From Erysipelothrix larvae (GTDB lineage: Bacteria > Bacillota_I > Bacilli_A > Erysipelotrichales > Erysipelotrichaceae): DNA of 32,000 bases. The notes beneath the pieces are model-generated. The model did no database searches. It was not told where the DNA came from and was given only the letters and a program-made list of their open reading frames with translations. The DNA is taken from contig NZ_CP013213.1 in assembly GCF_001545095.1 (NCBI RefSeq), forward strand, positions 2,130,001-2,162,000. Reading direction: 5' to 3'. A program made the position numbers and the translations under genes. This document shows positions 17,286 through 24,944 of the stretch, piece by piece (the stretch's first letter is position 1; each line of letters starts with the position of its first letter).

Positions 17286-17964
17286 ATGCAAGCACCACCT
17301 CACTGAGTTCAATATTGAACAGTTCTGCTTTCATGCGTCCTCTGAGTTCTATCAGTTCATTCATATTAAAATAAAGCTTACTGAAAAGACCATTGTCTGA
17401 GGTTCCATCCATGCGGTGGGCTTCCATCGCATCTCTGATGATTCGTTTTTCTAAAAGTTCCACATTTTTTATATCAAGGCCTTCCAATGGTTCATGATAG
17501 ATGGAATTGCGAACAAGTCCCTTAACATCACTGGCATAGGTTTCAAGGGAAACGCGATCAATAAATCCAGTCGCAACCACATTCATTTCACGTTTAAACA
17601 TCAACAACCGTTTGAGATTGTAGAAGTCGATCTTGATCTTAGCATAAGTAATTCCTAAAGGAATCTGTTGGTACGCCGTTAAACTGTTTAAGATCGCAGT
17701 GTCCGTTTCCCAATCCAAGGTCTCTGCTTTTTTTACCAAGTCTCTTTCTATATATAATGGTTCAAAAAGTGAACAATCCACATCAAAGGATTCAACCGTT
17801 TCAAACAACCGGTCCCATTGTCTATCAAACCATTGGTCCGCATCTAAAGATGTCACAATCGATTGGCTATGCATGAGCTTTTGAAGTTGTTCACGCGTTG
17901 TATTGTTTAGATATAAATCACTGGGTGCTCTGAGGATATGATGCAACATAATGGATTGGGTCAT
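17278..17964 (-). CDS. ntpC: V-type ATPase subunit C (d-type), unusually short at 228 aa
   Basis: Operon position (E-C-F-A-B-D order) and AC39-like helical repeats (KIDFYNLKRLLMFK). ATGA overlap with the ntpE stop. Confidence 0.7.
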   Translation of the reverse strand: MTQSIMLHHILRAPSDLYLNNTTREQLQKLMHSQSIVTSLDADQWFDRQWDRLFETVESFDVDCSLFEPLYIERDLVKKAETLDWETDTAILNSLTAYQQIPLGITYAKIKIDFYNLKRLLMFKREMNVVATGFIDRVSLETYASDVKGLVRNSIYHEPLEGLDIKNVELLEKRIIRDAMEAHRMDGTSDNGLFSKLYFNMNELIELRGRMKAELFNIELSEVVLAYE

Positions 17965-18533
17965 TCATCATCACCACCATACAAAATATCCATCGCTTTA
18001 TTGGTCAGATTATCCCGTTTATGGCGCATAATCTGTTTAAGTTCCATATTCACATTAAAATGTGTGTAGTTTAAGATAAATCCATTCCCAATCGATTCAT
18101 CTTTAATAATCTGATAGGTCTGACCCAACGCTTCCACCACTAAGTCAAAGTGCTTTGAAGCAACATGAATCCGTGGTTTTTCATCGGTTTTTTGTTTATT
18201 TAGGCTTCGATACAACAAATCAATATACGCCTCATTATCAAGACTTTCGAGTTCATTGTATACCTCATCAAGCAACGCATTGATGTGACGGATTTTATGT
18301 TCATTCACACTAAGGGCTGCTTGGTTTTTATACCGTGCCATTTCACGACTTTTCAAGAATGCCGTTTCTTCTTGATTCTTTTGATCACGAATGGCACCTC
18401 TTTTTTGTGCATCTTGAAGCATGGTGTCATACACCAATTTCCCTGCATTATGTGCAGCGTCTAGAAACGCTTCACGTTCACGCTTCCCAACTTCTTCAAG
18501 CGCATCCAGAATTACTGAATGTTCAAGACTCAC
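17961..18533 (-). CDS. ntpE: V-type ATPase subunit E (190 aa)
   Basis: Charged N-terminal coiled coil plus a globular C-terminal part, with matching size and position. GTG start overlaps the ntpK TAG by 1 nt. Confidence 0.8.
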   Translation of the reverse strand: MSLEHSVILDALEEVGKREREAFLDAAHNAGKLVYDTMLQDAQKRGAIRDQKNQEETAFLKSREMARYKNQAALSVNEHKIRHINALLDEVYNELESLDNEAYIDLLYRSLNKQKTDEKPRIHVASKHFDLVVEALGQTYQIIKDESIGNGFILNYTHFNVNMELKQIMRHKRDNLTNKAMDILYGGDDE

Positions 18534-19006
18534 TAAAAGGTCACCGAGTTTAGGATAATGATTGAAGTAACAAACGCAAGCAAGGCGTAGGTTTCAACCA
18601 TAACGGCATAGATAATATTCTTTGTCATTTCATTTTCATTACGTGCAAGTAAGTGAACACCATTCACCGCAACTTTAGCTTGTGAGATTGCAGTAGGTCC
18701 ACCAACGATTGCCATGGGTAAGCATGCCATCAAGATGAACAGCCCTTCTTGAAGTCCCATTCCAACGTGTAAGCGTCCCAATGTCATAATCGCCACAACA
18801 AATCCATACAACCCTTGTGATGCCGGCATCATTTGTAAGAGCAAACTCTTCCCAAACTTTTCAGACTGATCGACCATCAACCCTGTGGTTGCTTCACCAA
18901 CCATACCAACACCTTTACCACTGCTCAGTCCAGGAATCGCGACAACCAGTGCCATTCCTAATACCGCAAATACTAACCCACCATATTCCAAAATAAATTG
19001 TTCCAT
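18533..19006 (-). CDS. ntpK: V-type ATPase proteolipid subunit K (157 aa, 4 TM)
   Basis: Duplicated c-subunit hairpins. Motifs PASQGLYGFVVA, ISQAKVA and VETYALLAFV align with the E. hirae NtpK ion-site motifs. RBS AAAGGAG. Confidence 0.9.
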   Translation of the reverse strand: MEQFILEYGGLVFAVLGMALVVAIPGLSSGKGVGMVGEATTGLMVDQSEKFGKSLLLQMMPASQGLYGFVVAIMTLGRLHVGMGLQEGLFILMACLPMAIVGGPTAISQAKVAVNGVHLLARNENEMTKNIIYAVMVETYALLAFVTSIIILNSVTF

Positions 19007-19021
19007 TAATCAAATCTCCTT

Positions 19022-20944
19022 TTATTCAACATTAATATATTCTGCGGATGATCGAAACGCCTTAAACGCTTGTCCACCACCAACGAAAAACTTACCGAAA
19101 AACTCTACATATGTGAGTCGTGCTGAGTGTACATACGAACTTAATCCACTAATTAAAAGGTTAAAGGTATGTCCAATCATAAAGATGACGATGCCTGCAA
19201 GTGTTCCCATAAATCCAAACCCTTGAACCATTCCCATCATCGTATTAAATGCCATCCCGATGGATGCACCTGCAAGCCCTAAGGCCATAAGTCGTGAGTA
19301 GGATACGATATCCCCCACATAATTTGTCAGTCCATATAAACTATATAATCCTGAGACTGCTTTCCCTGGAATTGTTTTCGCAGAGCGTCCATTGGTTAAG
19401 ACTATCCCAACCATCCCAATAATCATCGTCCACATGGCGATTGTTTGATAGGGTGCTAAGAAGTCAGTAAACATCATGGATACCAAGACGATGGCACCTA
19501 ATAGTGTCATATACCAAAACAGGACATCGTAGATGACATATCTAAATTTATAATCGCGAATGTGCAGGTATGCTTTCACTGCCATTCCCGCAAAAAGATG
19601 GAATACGCCAAATCCTAAAGCTAAAATAAGCACCATTGTAAAGTCATAATTGATATCTATCAAGGCTTTCATCGGAACTAATCCACCAAAAAATGAGCCG
19701 TAGATTAATCCCCATAACATTGTTGGGAAACTTACATAAAATAACAGTTTCAACATATCTTTGGTTTGTGGTTTGAAATTAATGAATTTCAATGCCAAGC
19801 CTAATCCAATCGCCATAACCAATCCATACCCTAAATCCGCCAACATCATGCCAAAGAAAAATGCATAAAATGGGGCGAAAATGGGTGTTGGATCCAACTC
19901 ATCATAGCGGGGTTGTGAGTACATGTTTGTAATGGGTTCAAAGGCTTTATTGAAGCCATTGTTTTTAAGTTTAATCGGCACTTCCATTGAATGAAGGGGA
20001 GCGGGTGTGATTTCTAGATCCACCTTCCCCAATACACTGTCTGAAACGACCGTTCTAAATTCATCTTCAAATTCTGTTTCAATCCACCCTCGCATAATCG
20101 TTACGTGTTTTGATTGTATAAATTGAGATTTCACGGATTCTTTGAGTGCTTCATTATTTAAGTATTCATAATGAATCTTCAAGACATCTTCAAAGGGTCC
20201 AATTGACTGAATGCGATTTCTCATATTCAAACGCTTCTCTAAGGTTCGATTTAATAATGAGATCATTTCATCCACTTGTTTAGTAATTTCCAAAGAAACT
20301 GCTGAACGATAGGATAAGTCATATTTCTCTGCTGTGATTGACAGTGTTTCTTCAGATCCCTTAGGGGGTAGAATTACGAAGATGACTTGATTTTTGTCAG
20401 GCACTTCTTTCGTCATATAAAACACAGAATCAACACGATGTAGTTCAGCATCAAATTGTTTCGCATCATCACATGCGACTGTCCCAATCATCGGTTTTTG
20501 ATGCACAAGCAGTTTCATAACATCAATAGGAAGCCCTTTATGTTCCCATGGAACATAACATTGAAATCCATTGATAAGACCTGTCTTACGTTCATACATT
20601 TCGGAATAGGTTTCTAGGATTTCATCCAGATCTGTATTGTGTACCACTGATTCAATTTCTTCAAAGGACATGTTTTTCACATTCAATGAACCAAACAACC
20701 CCTTTGATTCTTTTTTCTTTCGATTCGCATCTTGTACACGTTTAATGACAAGCTGAATCATGGATCGTTTGATTTCGTTATTCTCAAAATCATAGGTTGA
20801 TTTTACAGGATGAAATCCTGGATGTTCTTGCGATACAGACTGTGCAAAGTTGACATTTTTATACCGTTGCAAGGCTTGTAAGACAGTCTCTAAATCATCA
20901 TTCATGACAAATAACTTGAATTCGCTCATTTTAACGATCGCCAT
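19022..20944 (-). CDS. ntpI: V-type ATPase subunit I (a-type stator/proton channel, 640 aa)
   Basis: Soluble N-terminal half plus a polytopic C-terminal half containing ...YSRLMALGLAG... (the conserved Arg region). ATG at 20944 with AGGAGGTG 7 nt upstream. Confidence 0.9.
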   Translation of the reverse strand: MAIVKMSEFKLFVMNDDLETVLQALQRYKNVNFAQSVSQEHPGFHPVKSTYDFENNEIKRSMIQLVIKRVQDANRKKKESKGLFGSLNVKNMSFEEIESVVHNTDLDEILETYSEMYERKTGLINGFQCYVPWEHKGLPIDVMKLLVHQKPMIGTVACDDAKQFDAELHRVDSVFYMTKEVPDKNQVIFVILPPKGSEETLSITAEKYDLSYRSAVSLEITKQVDEMISLLNRTLEKRLNMRNRIQSIGPFEDVLKIHYEYLNNEALKESVKSQFIQSKHVTIMRGWIETEFEDEFRTVVSDSVLGKVDLEITPAPLHSMEVPIKLKNNGFNKAFEPITNMYSQPRYDELDPTPIFAPFYAFFFGMMLADLGYGLVMAIGLGLALKFINFKPQTKDMLKLLFYVSFPTMLWGLIYGSFFGGLVPMKALIDINYDFTMVLILALGFGVFHLFAGMAVKAYLHIRDYKFRYVIYDVLFWYMTLLGAIVLVSMMFTDFLAPYQTIAMWTMIIGMVGIVLTNGRSAKTIPGKAVSGLYSLYGLTNYVGDIVSYSRLMALGLAGASIGMAFNTMMGMVQGFGFMGTLAGIVIFMIGHTFNLLISGLSSYVHSARLTYVEFFGKFFVGGGQAFKAFRSSAEYINVE

Positions 20945-21266
20945 CAAACAACACCTCCTTAATCAATAACTGTTTCGCTTGTTGTTTGTGCTTTTCAAAT
21001 TGTGCATCAACACGCATCTTCTCATTTTGTGTTTGTGCATCCACTTGAGACTTAAATGATCTCAGGTCATCATTCATCACTTCAAGCATTTCTTTCTTAC
21101 GCTGTTCTGACTCAGATTTCATCTTCCCAATTTCTTGAAATGCTTTGTCACGATATTGACCCACAATCACTTCTTTTTCTTTTTCTGATTTTTCAAATTG
21201 AGCTTGGATTTCGCGTTCCTTCGCTTCAATTCTACTGAGTAAGTCACTCAACTGCATCACCTCCAT
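20931..21266 (-). CDS. ntpF: V-type ATPase peripheral-stalk subunit G/H-like coiled-coil protein (about 105-111 aa; ntpF in E. hirae nomenclature)
   Basis: Entirely charged heptad-like sequence, and the first structural gene before ntpI, as in E. hirae ntpFIKECGABD. The start is ambiguous (ATG 21266, ATG 21257, or TTG after GGAGGTG). Confidence 0.65.
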   Translation of the reverse strand: MEVMQLSDLLSRIEAKEREIQAQFEKSEKEKEVIVGQYRDKAFQEIGKMKSESEQRKKEMLEVMNDDLRSFKSQVDAQTQNEKMRVDAQFEKHKQQAKQLLIKEVLFDGDR

Positions 21267-21873
21267 TAATTACTTTTTCATGTCTAAGCCTTAAAACCGC
21301 CTGCATTAACTCACCTTGATTGAGGTGCAGTGCTGTTTCAATAAGCCCCAGCTTTTCTTCAAGTGGTATCTTTTCAAAGAACTCCAACCGATAGGCACCT
21401 TCCAAAACCATGATTACCATCTCTAAGGGATATTTCACCACCAGTTTTGCCTCTTGGATTCCCATTGCCACAACTTTTTCAATAACATCATGCAACTTAA
21501 CAAGATATTGCCGATGATATTCCGCAAACAATCGTGATTCGTGTTGAAGTACTTTTCGATACGTCGAAATCGTTTTTTGTTTAAAACTCGAATACTCCGC
21601 AATCAATAATACCAACGATTCATTAAAATTTGCGTCCACACTATCCATTTTATCAATCAACATCGATAATTGAAGTTCACATTTTCGCTCGATTACAGCA
21701 TTTAAAATGTCTTCTTTCGTGTCAAAATAATAATAGATTAATCCCTTTGCAATATTCAGCGTCTTTGCGATATGCGCAATCGACGTCTCATCGTAACCGT
21801 GCTCTAAAAACAACGCTTGCGCGCGTTCTAGAATGGCTTCTCTACGGATTTTTTCTGAATTTGAACATACCAT
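21244..21873 (-). CDS. TetR/AcrR-family transcriptional regulator (209 aa) heading the ntp operon
   Basis: N-terminal HTH: IRREAILERAQALFLEHGYDETSIAHIAKTLNIAKGLIYYYFDTKEDIL. I chose the ATG at 21873 (MVCSNSEK...) because the promoter lies inside the longer ORF-track extension. The 3' end overlaps the next gene. Confidence 0.85.
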   Translation of the reverse strand: MVCSNSEKIRREAILERAQALFLEHGYDETSIAHIAKTLNIAKGLIYYYFDTKEDILNAVIERKCELQLSMLIDKMDSVDANFNESLVLLIAEYSSFKQKTISTYRKVLQHESRLFAEYHRQYLVKLHDVIEKVVAMGIQEAKLVVKYPLEMVIMVLEGAYRLEFFEKIPLEEKLGLIETALHLNQGELMQAVLRLRHEKVINGGDAVE

Positions 21874-21891
21874 TTTCTTATCACCACGAAT

Positions 21892-21920
21892 ATAATAACG
21901 CATTTTTGACCAGCGGTCAA
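21892..21920 (-). promoter_or_regulatory. Promoter TTGACC-17-TATTAT with palindromic operator TTGACC-GCT-GGTCAA (21906-21920) covering the -35
   Basis: Reverse strand reads TTGACCgctGGTCAAaaatgcgtTATTAT. Perfect 6-bp arms, a typical TetR-type operator geometry. Confidence 0.6.
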
Positions 21921-21932
21921 ATTTTTTTGATA

Positions 21933-21955
21933 CAAAAAAAAGGGCCAAAGCCCAA
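21933..21955 (-). terminator. Terminator of the ABC transporter operon
   Basis: Reverse strand reads GGGC-UUUG-GCCC followed by U8, directly after the ATPase stop. The stem is short. Confidence 0.45.
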
Positions 21956-21957
21956 TT

Positions 21958-22737
21958 TTAGATTGTCGAGAGTATGGAAGGTTCATGTTGTCTGAAGAGT
22001 TCGATGATTCTTTCTTGAGTGAGATTTTGTTTTTCTTCACCCCTGACATCACAGACAATTTCTCCTTCATGAAACATGATGAGGCGCGTACCATAAGTAA
22101 GCGCATGGTTAATATTATGGGTCACCATGAGTGTTGTGATATGACGTTTTGTAACCATATCATTTGTGATTTGCATAATCCGTTCACTGCTTTTTGGATC
22201 CAATGCAGCCGTATGTTCATCCAACAGTAAGACTTCGGGTTCATTAATCAGTGACATCAAGAGCGAGAGTGCTTGGCGTTGTCCACCCGATAGATGGCCG
22301 ACTTTGATATCCATTTTATGTTCAAGACCCATGCCAAGTTCGCTCAACCCCTCAACAAACTCAGAACTGTCTGCGTGTTTTTTCAATCCTTTAAGGTTTA
22401 AAAGATTTCCCTTTTGAACCGCCATTGCGAGGTTTTCAAACACTGTTAATGATGGGGATGTTCCCATGCTTGGATCTTGAAAGACACGAGAAAAAACGCG
22501 GAATCGTTTATAGGGTTTGATTTTCATAATGTTTTCATCTTTAAATTGGATGGTACCTTGATCGGGTAAAACATTTCCCCCTATCATGTTGAGCAATGTG
22601 GATTTCCCACTTCCGTTTGAGCCAACAATAACAATGAACTCGCCTTCATCAACGTTTAAGTTAAGGCCACGATAAACACAGTTACGGGCTTCAGTATTAG
22701 GATTGAATGTTTTGTGAATATTGTTGAACTGTAACAT
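21958..22737 (-). CDS. ABC transporter ATP-binding protein (COG1101-type)
   Basis: Walker A GSNGSGKSTLLN, signature LSGGQRQ, Walker B LLLDEHTAALD. RBS AGGAG 7 nt upstream. Confidence 0.93.
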   Translation of the reverse strand: MLQFNNIHKTFNPNTEARNCVYRGLNLNVDEGEFIVIVGSNGSGKSTLLNMIGGNVLPDQGTIQFKDENIMKIKPYKRFRVFSRVFQDPSMGTSPSLTVFENLAMAVQKGNLLNLKGLKKHADSSEFVEGLSELGMGLEHKMDIKVGHLSGGQRQALSLLMSLINEPEVLLLDEHTAALDPKSSERIMQITNDMVTKRHITTLMVTHNINHALTYGTRLIMFHEGEIVCDVRGEEKQNLTQERIIELFRQHEPSILSTI

Positions 22738-23635
22738 TATCGTTCTCCTTTTTTCTTACAAACTTTGACAGTGGGTTATTGGTAAAGATGATTGTTGTAA
22801 TGAAGATTCCTACGGTAATTAGTTTGAGGTGAATTGGATTGAGTCCCCATTTAATCGCAATCGCAACAATCAGACGGTAAATCATTGCACCGATAATGAC
22901 TTGTGTTGTCATTTTTAAGCGTGTTTTTGATAATAACAAAGTTCCCAGCAATACCGAGGATAGTGCCATCACGACCATCCCAGCACCCAGCGAAATATCA
23001 AAGTATCTTCCTAAGGAAGCACCCATTCCACCACTCAATGCCACAAGGCCATTTGAGAGTGCAAGTCCTAAGACTTTCACAACATCACTGTTTTCACCCA
23101 GTGTTAACACTAAGCCTTCATTATCACCCGTTACTTTGAGTAAGTATCCAGCACGTGTTGATAAAATCCAATCAACCCCCACTTTCGCAATCATCGCAAT
23201 CACAAAAAGCACCAGAACAGGGTAGAAATTTACCACCCAAGCAGGTAGGTTCATAGCAGAAAGCCAGGTTGTATCAAGCAAGGTCTTTTCGCCAAAGAGC
23301 GGGATGTTAGAAACACCCCCCGCGATCATTAAATTGACTGAATAGAGTCCCGTCATCACTAAGATACCACTCAATAAACTGGTAATCTTTAACTTAACAT
23401 GGAGCAATCCTGTCAGTGAGCCAGCGATTGCGCCTGCGAGAAATGAAACCACAAGGGCAATCCAAGGATTAACACCATTCACAATCAGTACAGCACTGAC
23501 TACTACACCTAATGGATAAGAACCGTCGACACTTAAGTCGGCGATTCCCATAATGTTGTAGGTCATCATTGCACCCATTGCAAGGACGCCATAGAGGAAT
23601 CCTTCTTGTAATACGGTTAATAATAAATTTGTCAT
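22697..23635 (-). CDS. ABC transporter permease (COG4120-type, polytopic)
   Basis: 312 aa with about 8-9 hydrophobic helices. Lies between the binding protein and the ATPase, and its 3' end overlaps the ATPase gene by 41 nt. Confidence 0.88.
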   Translation of the reverse strand: MTNLLLTVLQEGFLYGVLAMGAMMTYNIMGIADLSVDGSYPLGVVVSAVLIVNGVNPWIALVVSFLAGAIAGSLTGLLHVKLKITSLLSGILVMTGLYSVNLMIAGGVSNIPLFGEKTLLDTTWLSAMNLPAWVVNFYPVLVLFVIAMIAKVGVDWILSTRAGYLLKVTGDNEGLVLTLGENSDVVKVLGLALSNGLVALSGGMGASLGRYFDISLGAGMVVMALSSVLLGTLLLSKTRLKMTTQVIIGAMIYRLIVAIAIKWGLNPIHLKLITVGIFITTIIFTNNPLSKFVRKKENDNVTVQQYSQNIQS

Positions 23636-23636
23636 G

Positions 23637-24605
23637 TTATTTTAGGGTCGCTCTTTCAAGGACTGTATTTGGAATTTCAATTCCAAGTTGTTTCGCCACT
23701 GATTCACTCACTAATAATTCAGTTTCATTAGCACCTTGAACTGCCAATGATTCAGGCTTCTTACCATCAATCAAGATTTCTTTTACCATCTTCCCTGCAA
23801 CATGTCCCAAGTCATTGTAGCTGATTGAATCTGAAGCCAACAATCCTTTATCGAATTGTCCTGCTTCTGCAGCGAATACGGGTACGTTTGCTTTGTTTGT
23901 TTGGTCAATTAATGTCGATATTCCTGATACAACCATGTTATCGGTAATAACATACATTGCATCTACTTTTTCAGCCAAGGTTCCCGATGCAAGTTGTAGA
24001 TCGCTTGCTTGTGAAATTCCCGACTCAATCACGTTTAACCCAATTTTTGAAGCTGCTTGTTTCGTTTGTTCTACTTGGATCAATGAATTTGCTTCACCCA
24101 CGTTGTACACAACCCCAATATTTTGTGCATTTGGCATAACTTCCTTGATTAACGCCATTTGCTTATCAATCGGTGCGGCATCACTCACTCCAGTTACATT
24201 ACCACCTGGCGCTTCAAGTGTCGCAACCAACCCTGCATCCACTGGATCAGTTACTGCATTGAAGACTACTGGAATCTCTGTGTTTTTTGTTGCATTTAAG
24301 ACTGCTTGTGCTGCGATTGTTGCAATTGCGTAAATCAAATCAACATCTTCTTCCACAAGTTGTGCTGCAATGGTATTGGCATCCACTGGACTTCCTTGTG
24401 CATTTTTGTAAATGATTTCATATTTATCACTGCCTAATAGGGTATCAAGTTCTTCCTTTAATCCCGTTAAGGTTGCATCCAGTGAAGGATGGTCTACCAG
24501 TTGCAAGACGCCAATCTTTAAGACCTTATCATCACTCGCTCCCTTTCCACTTCCACATCCTACTAATATTAATAGTGCGCAAATCATAACTCCTAATCGT
24601 TTCAT
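23637..24605 (-). CDS. ABC transporter substrate-binding lipoprotein (ABC_sub_bind / COG2984 family)
   Basis: I chose the start MKRLGVMICALLILVGCGS (lipobox LVGC), with AAAAGGAGAGAG upstream. Family pattern: IGVLQLVDHPSLDA...AQG...DLIYAIATIAAQA...PVVFNAVTDPVDAGLV...GGNVTGVSD. Confidence 0.88.
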   Translation of the reverse strand: MKRLGVMICALLILVGCGSGKGASDDKVLKIGVLQLVDHPSLDATLTGLKEELDTLLGSDKYEIIYKNAQGSPVDANTIAAQLVEEDVDLIYAIATIAAQAVLNATKNTEIPVVFNAVTDPVDAGLVATLEAPGGNVTGVSDAAPIDKQMALIKEVMPNAQNIGVVYNVGEANSLIQVEQTKQAASKIGLNVIESGISQASDLQLASGTLAEKVDAMYVITDNMVVSGISTLIDQTNKANVPVFAAEAGQFDKGLLASDSISYNDLGHVAGKMVKEILIDGKKPESLAVQGANETELLVSESVAKQLGIEIPNTVLERATLK

Positions 24606-24634
24606 ACTCTCTCTCCTTTTGTAAACGAAACTAT

Positions 24635-24690
24635 AAAAAAGACCACATAACATGTGGCCGCGTCGTTTACTTTATGTATCTTAGCCACAT
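24635..24690 (-). promoter_or_regulatory. Leader terminator/antiterminator (attenuator or riboswitch expression platform, class unknown) in front of the ABC importer
   Basis: Reverse strand reads AUGUGGC(24690-24684)...GCCACAU-guu-AUGUGGUC-U6. The middle segment can pair either upstream (antiterminator) or downstream (8-bp terminator at 24641-24659). The U-run ends 30 nt before the start codon. Confidence 0.5.
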
Positions 24691-24888
24691 GAACCTTTAA
24701 CCAATGCAAAACGGTCAATGTCCAGTATGGCATTAACCTAATTAAGGATAGTAGCTAAAGAAGTAGCCAGAATTGTGAATGCTGTGTTTAATTTGTGTAC
24801 ATTTCATGATTACTTCCACCTTTCTTGAAAACAATATACCACTTCTCAGAAACATTTTCAAGCTTTATTGAAAAATTTTTGCATTTTC

Positions 24889-24916
24889 TTGAAACACAAA
24901 GGTTTCATGCTATAAT
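24889..24916 (+). promoter_or_regulatory. pepF promoter TTGAAA-16-TATAAT (TGC immediately before the -10)
   Basis: Sequence cTTGAAAcacaaaggtttcatgcTATAAT, 28 nt before the pepF ATG. Confidence 0.55.
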
Positions 24917-24944
24917 TAATGAGTCTAATATCAGGAGGAAATAT

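Noticed and set aside
17699-24624. Other antisense or overlapping ORFs: 17699-17884, 18335-18553, 18885-19226, 21056-21238, 21630-21995, 21828-22106, 21985-22417, 22896-23225, 23893-24333, 24412-24624
   Set aside because: Each is embedded in, or opposite to, a well-supported gene with recognisable domains. None has a start context or a recognisable domain.
24606-24830. T-box riboswitch call for the ABC importer leader
   Set aside because: I could not find the conserved T-box sequence (AAnnnGGGTGGTACCGCG), a clear specifier loop or a GA/K-turn motif. Only the generic terminator/antiterminator is supported, so the class is left open.
24825-24944. N-terminal extensions proposed by the ORF track: pepF from 24825, lactonase from 30683, binding protein to 24653, TetR to 21948, and ntpA, ntpB, ntpF and ntpI by a few codons
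   Set aside because: The extensions run through promoters or terminators, or start inside the Shine-Dalgarno sequence. Internal ATGs with canonical RBS spacing and family-typical N-termini fit better.
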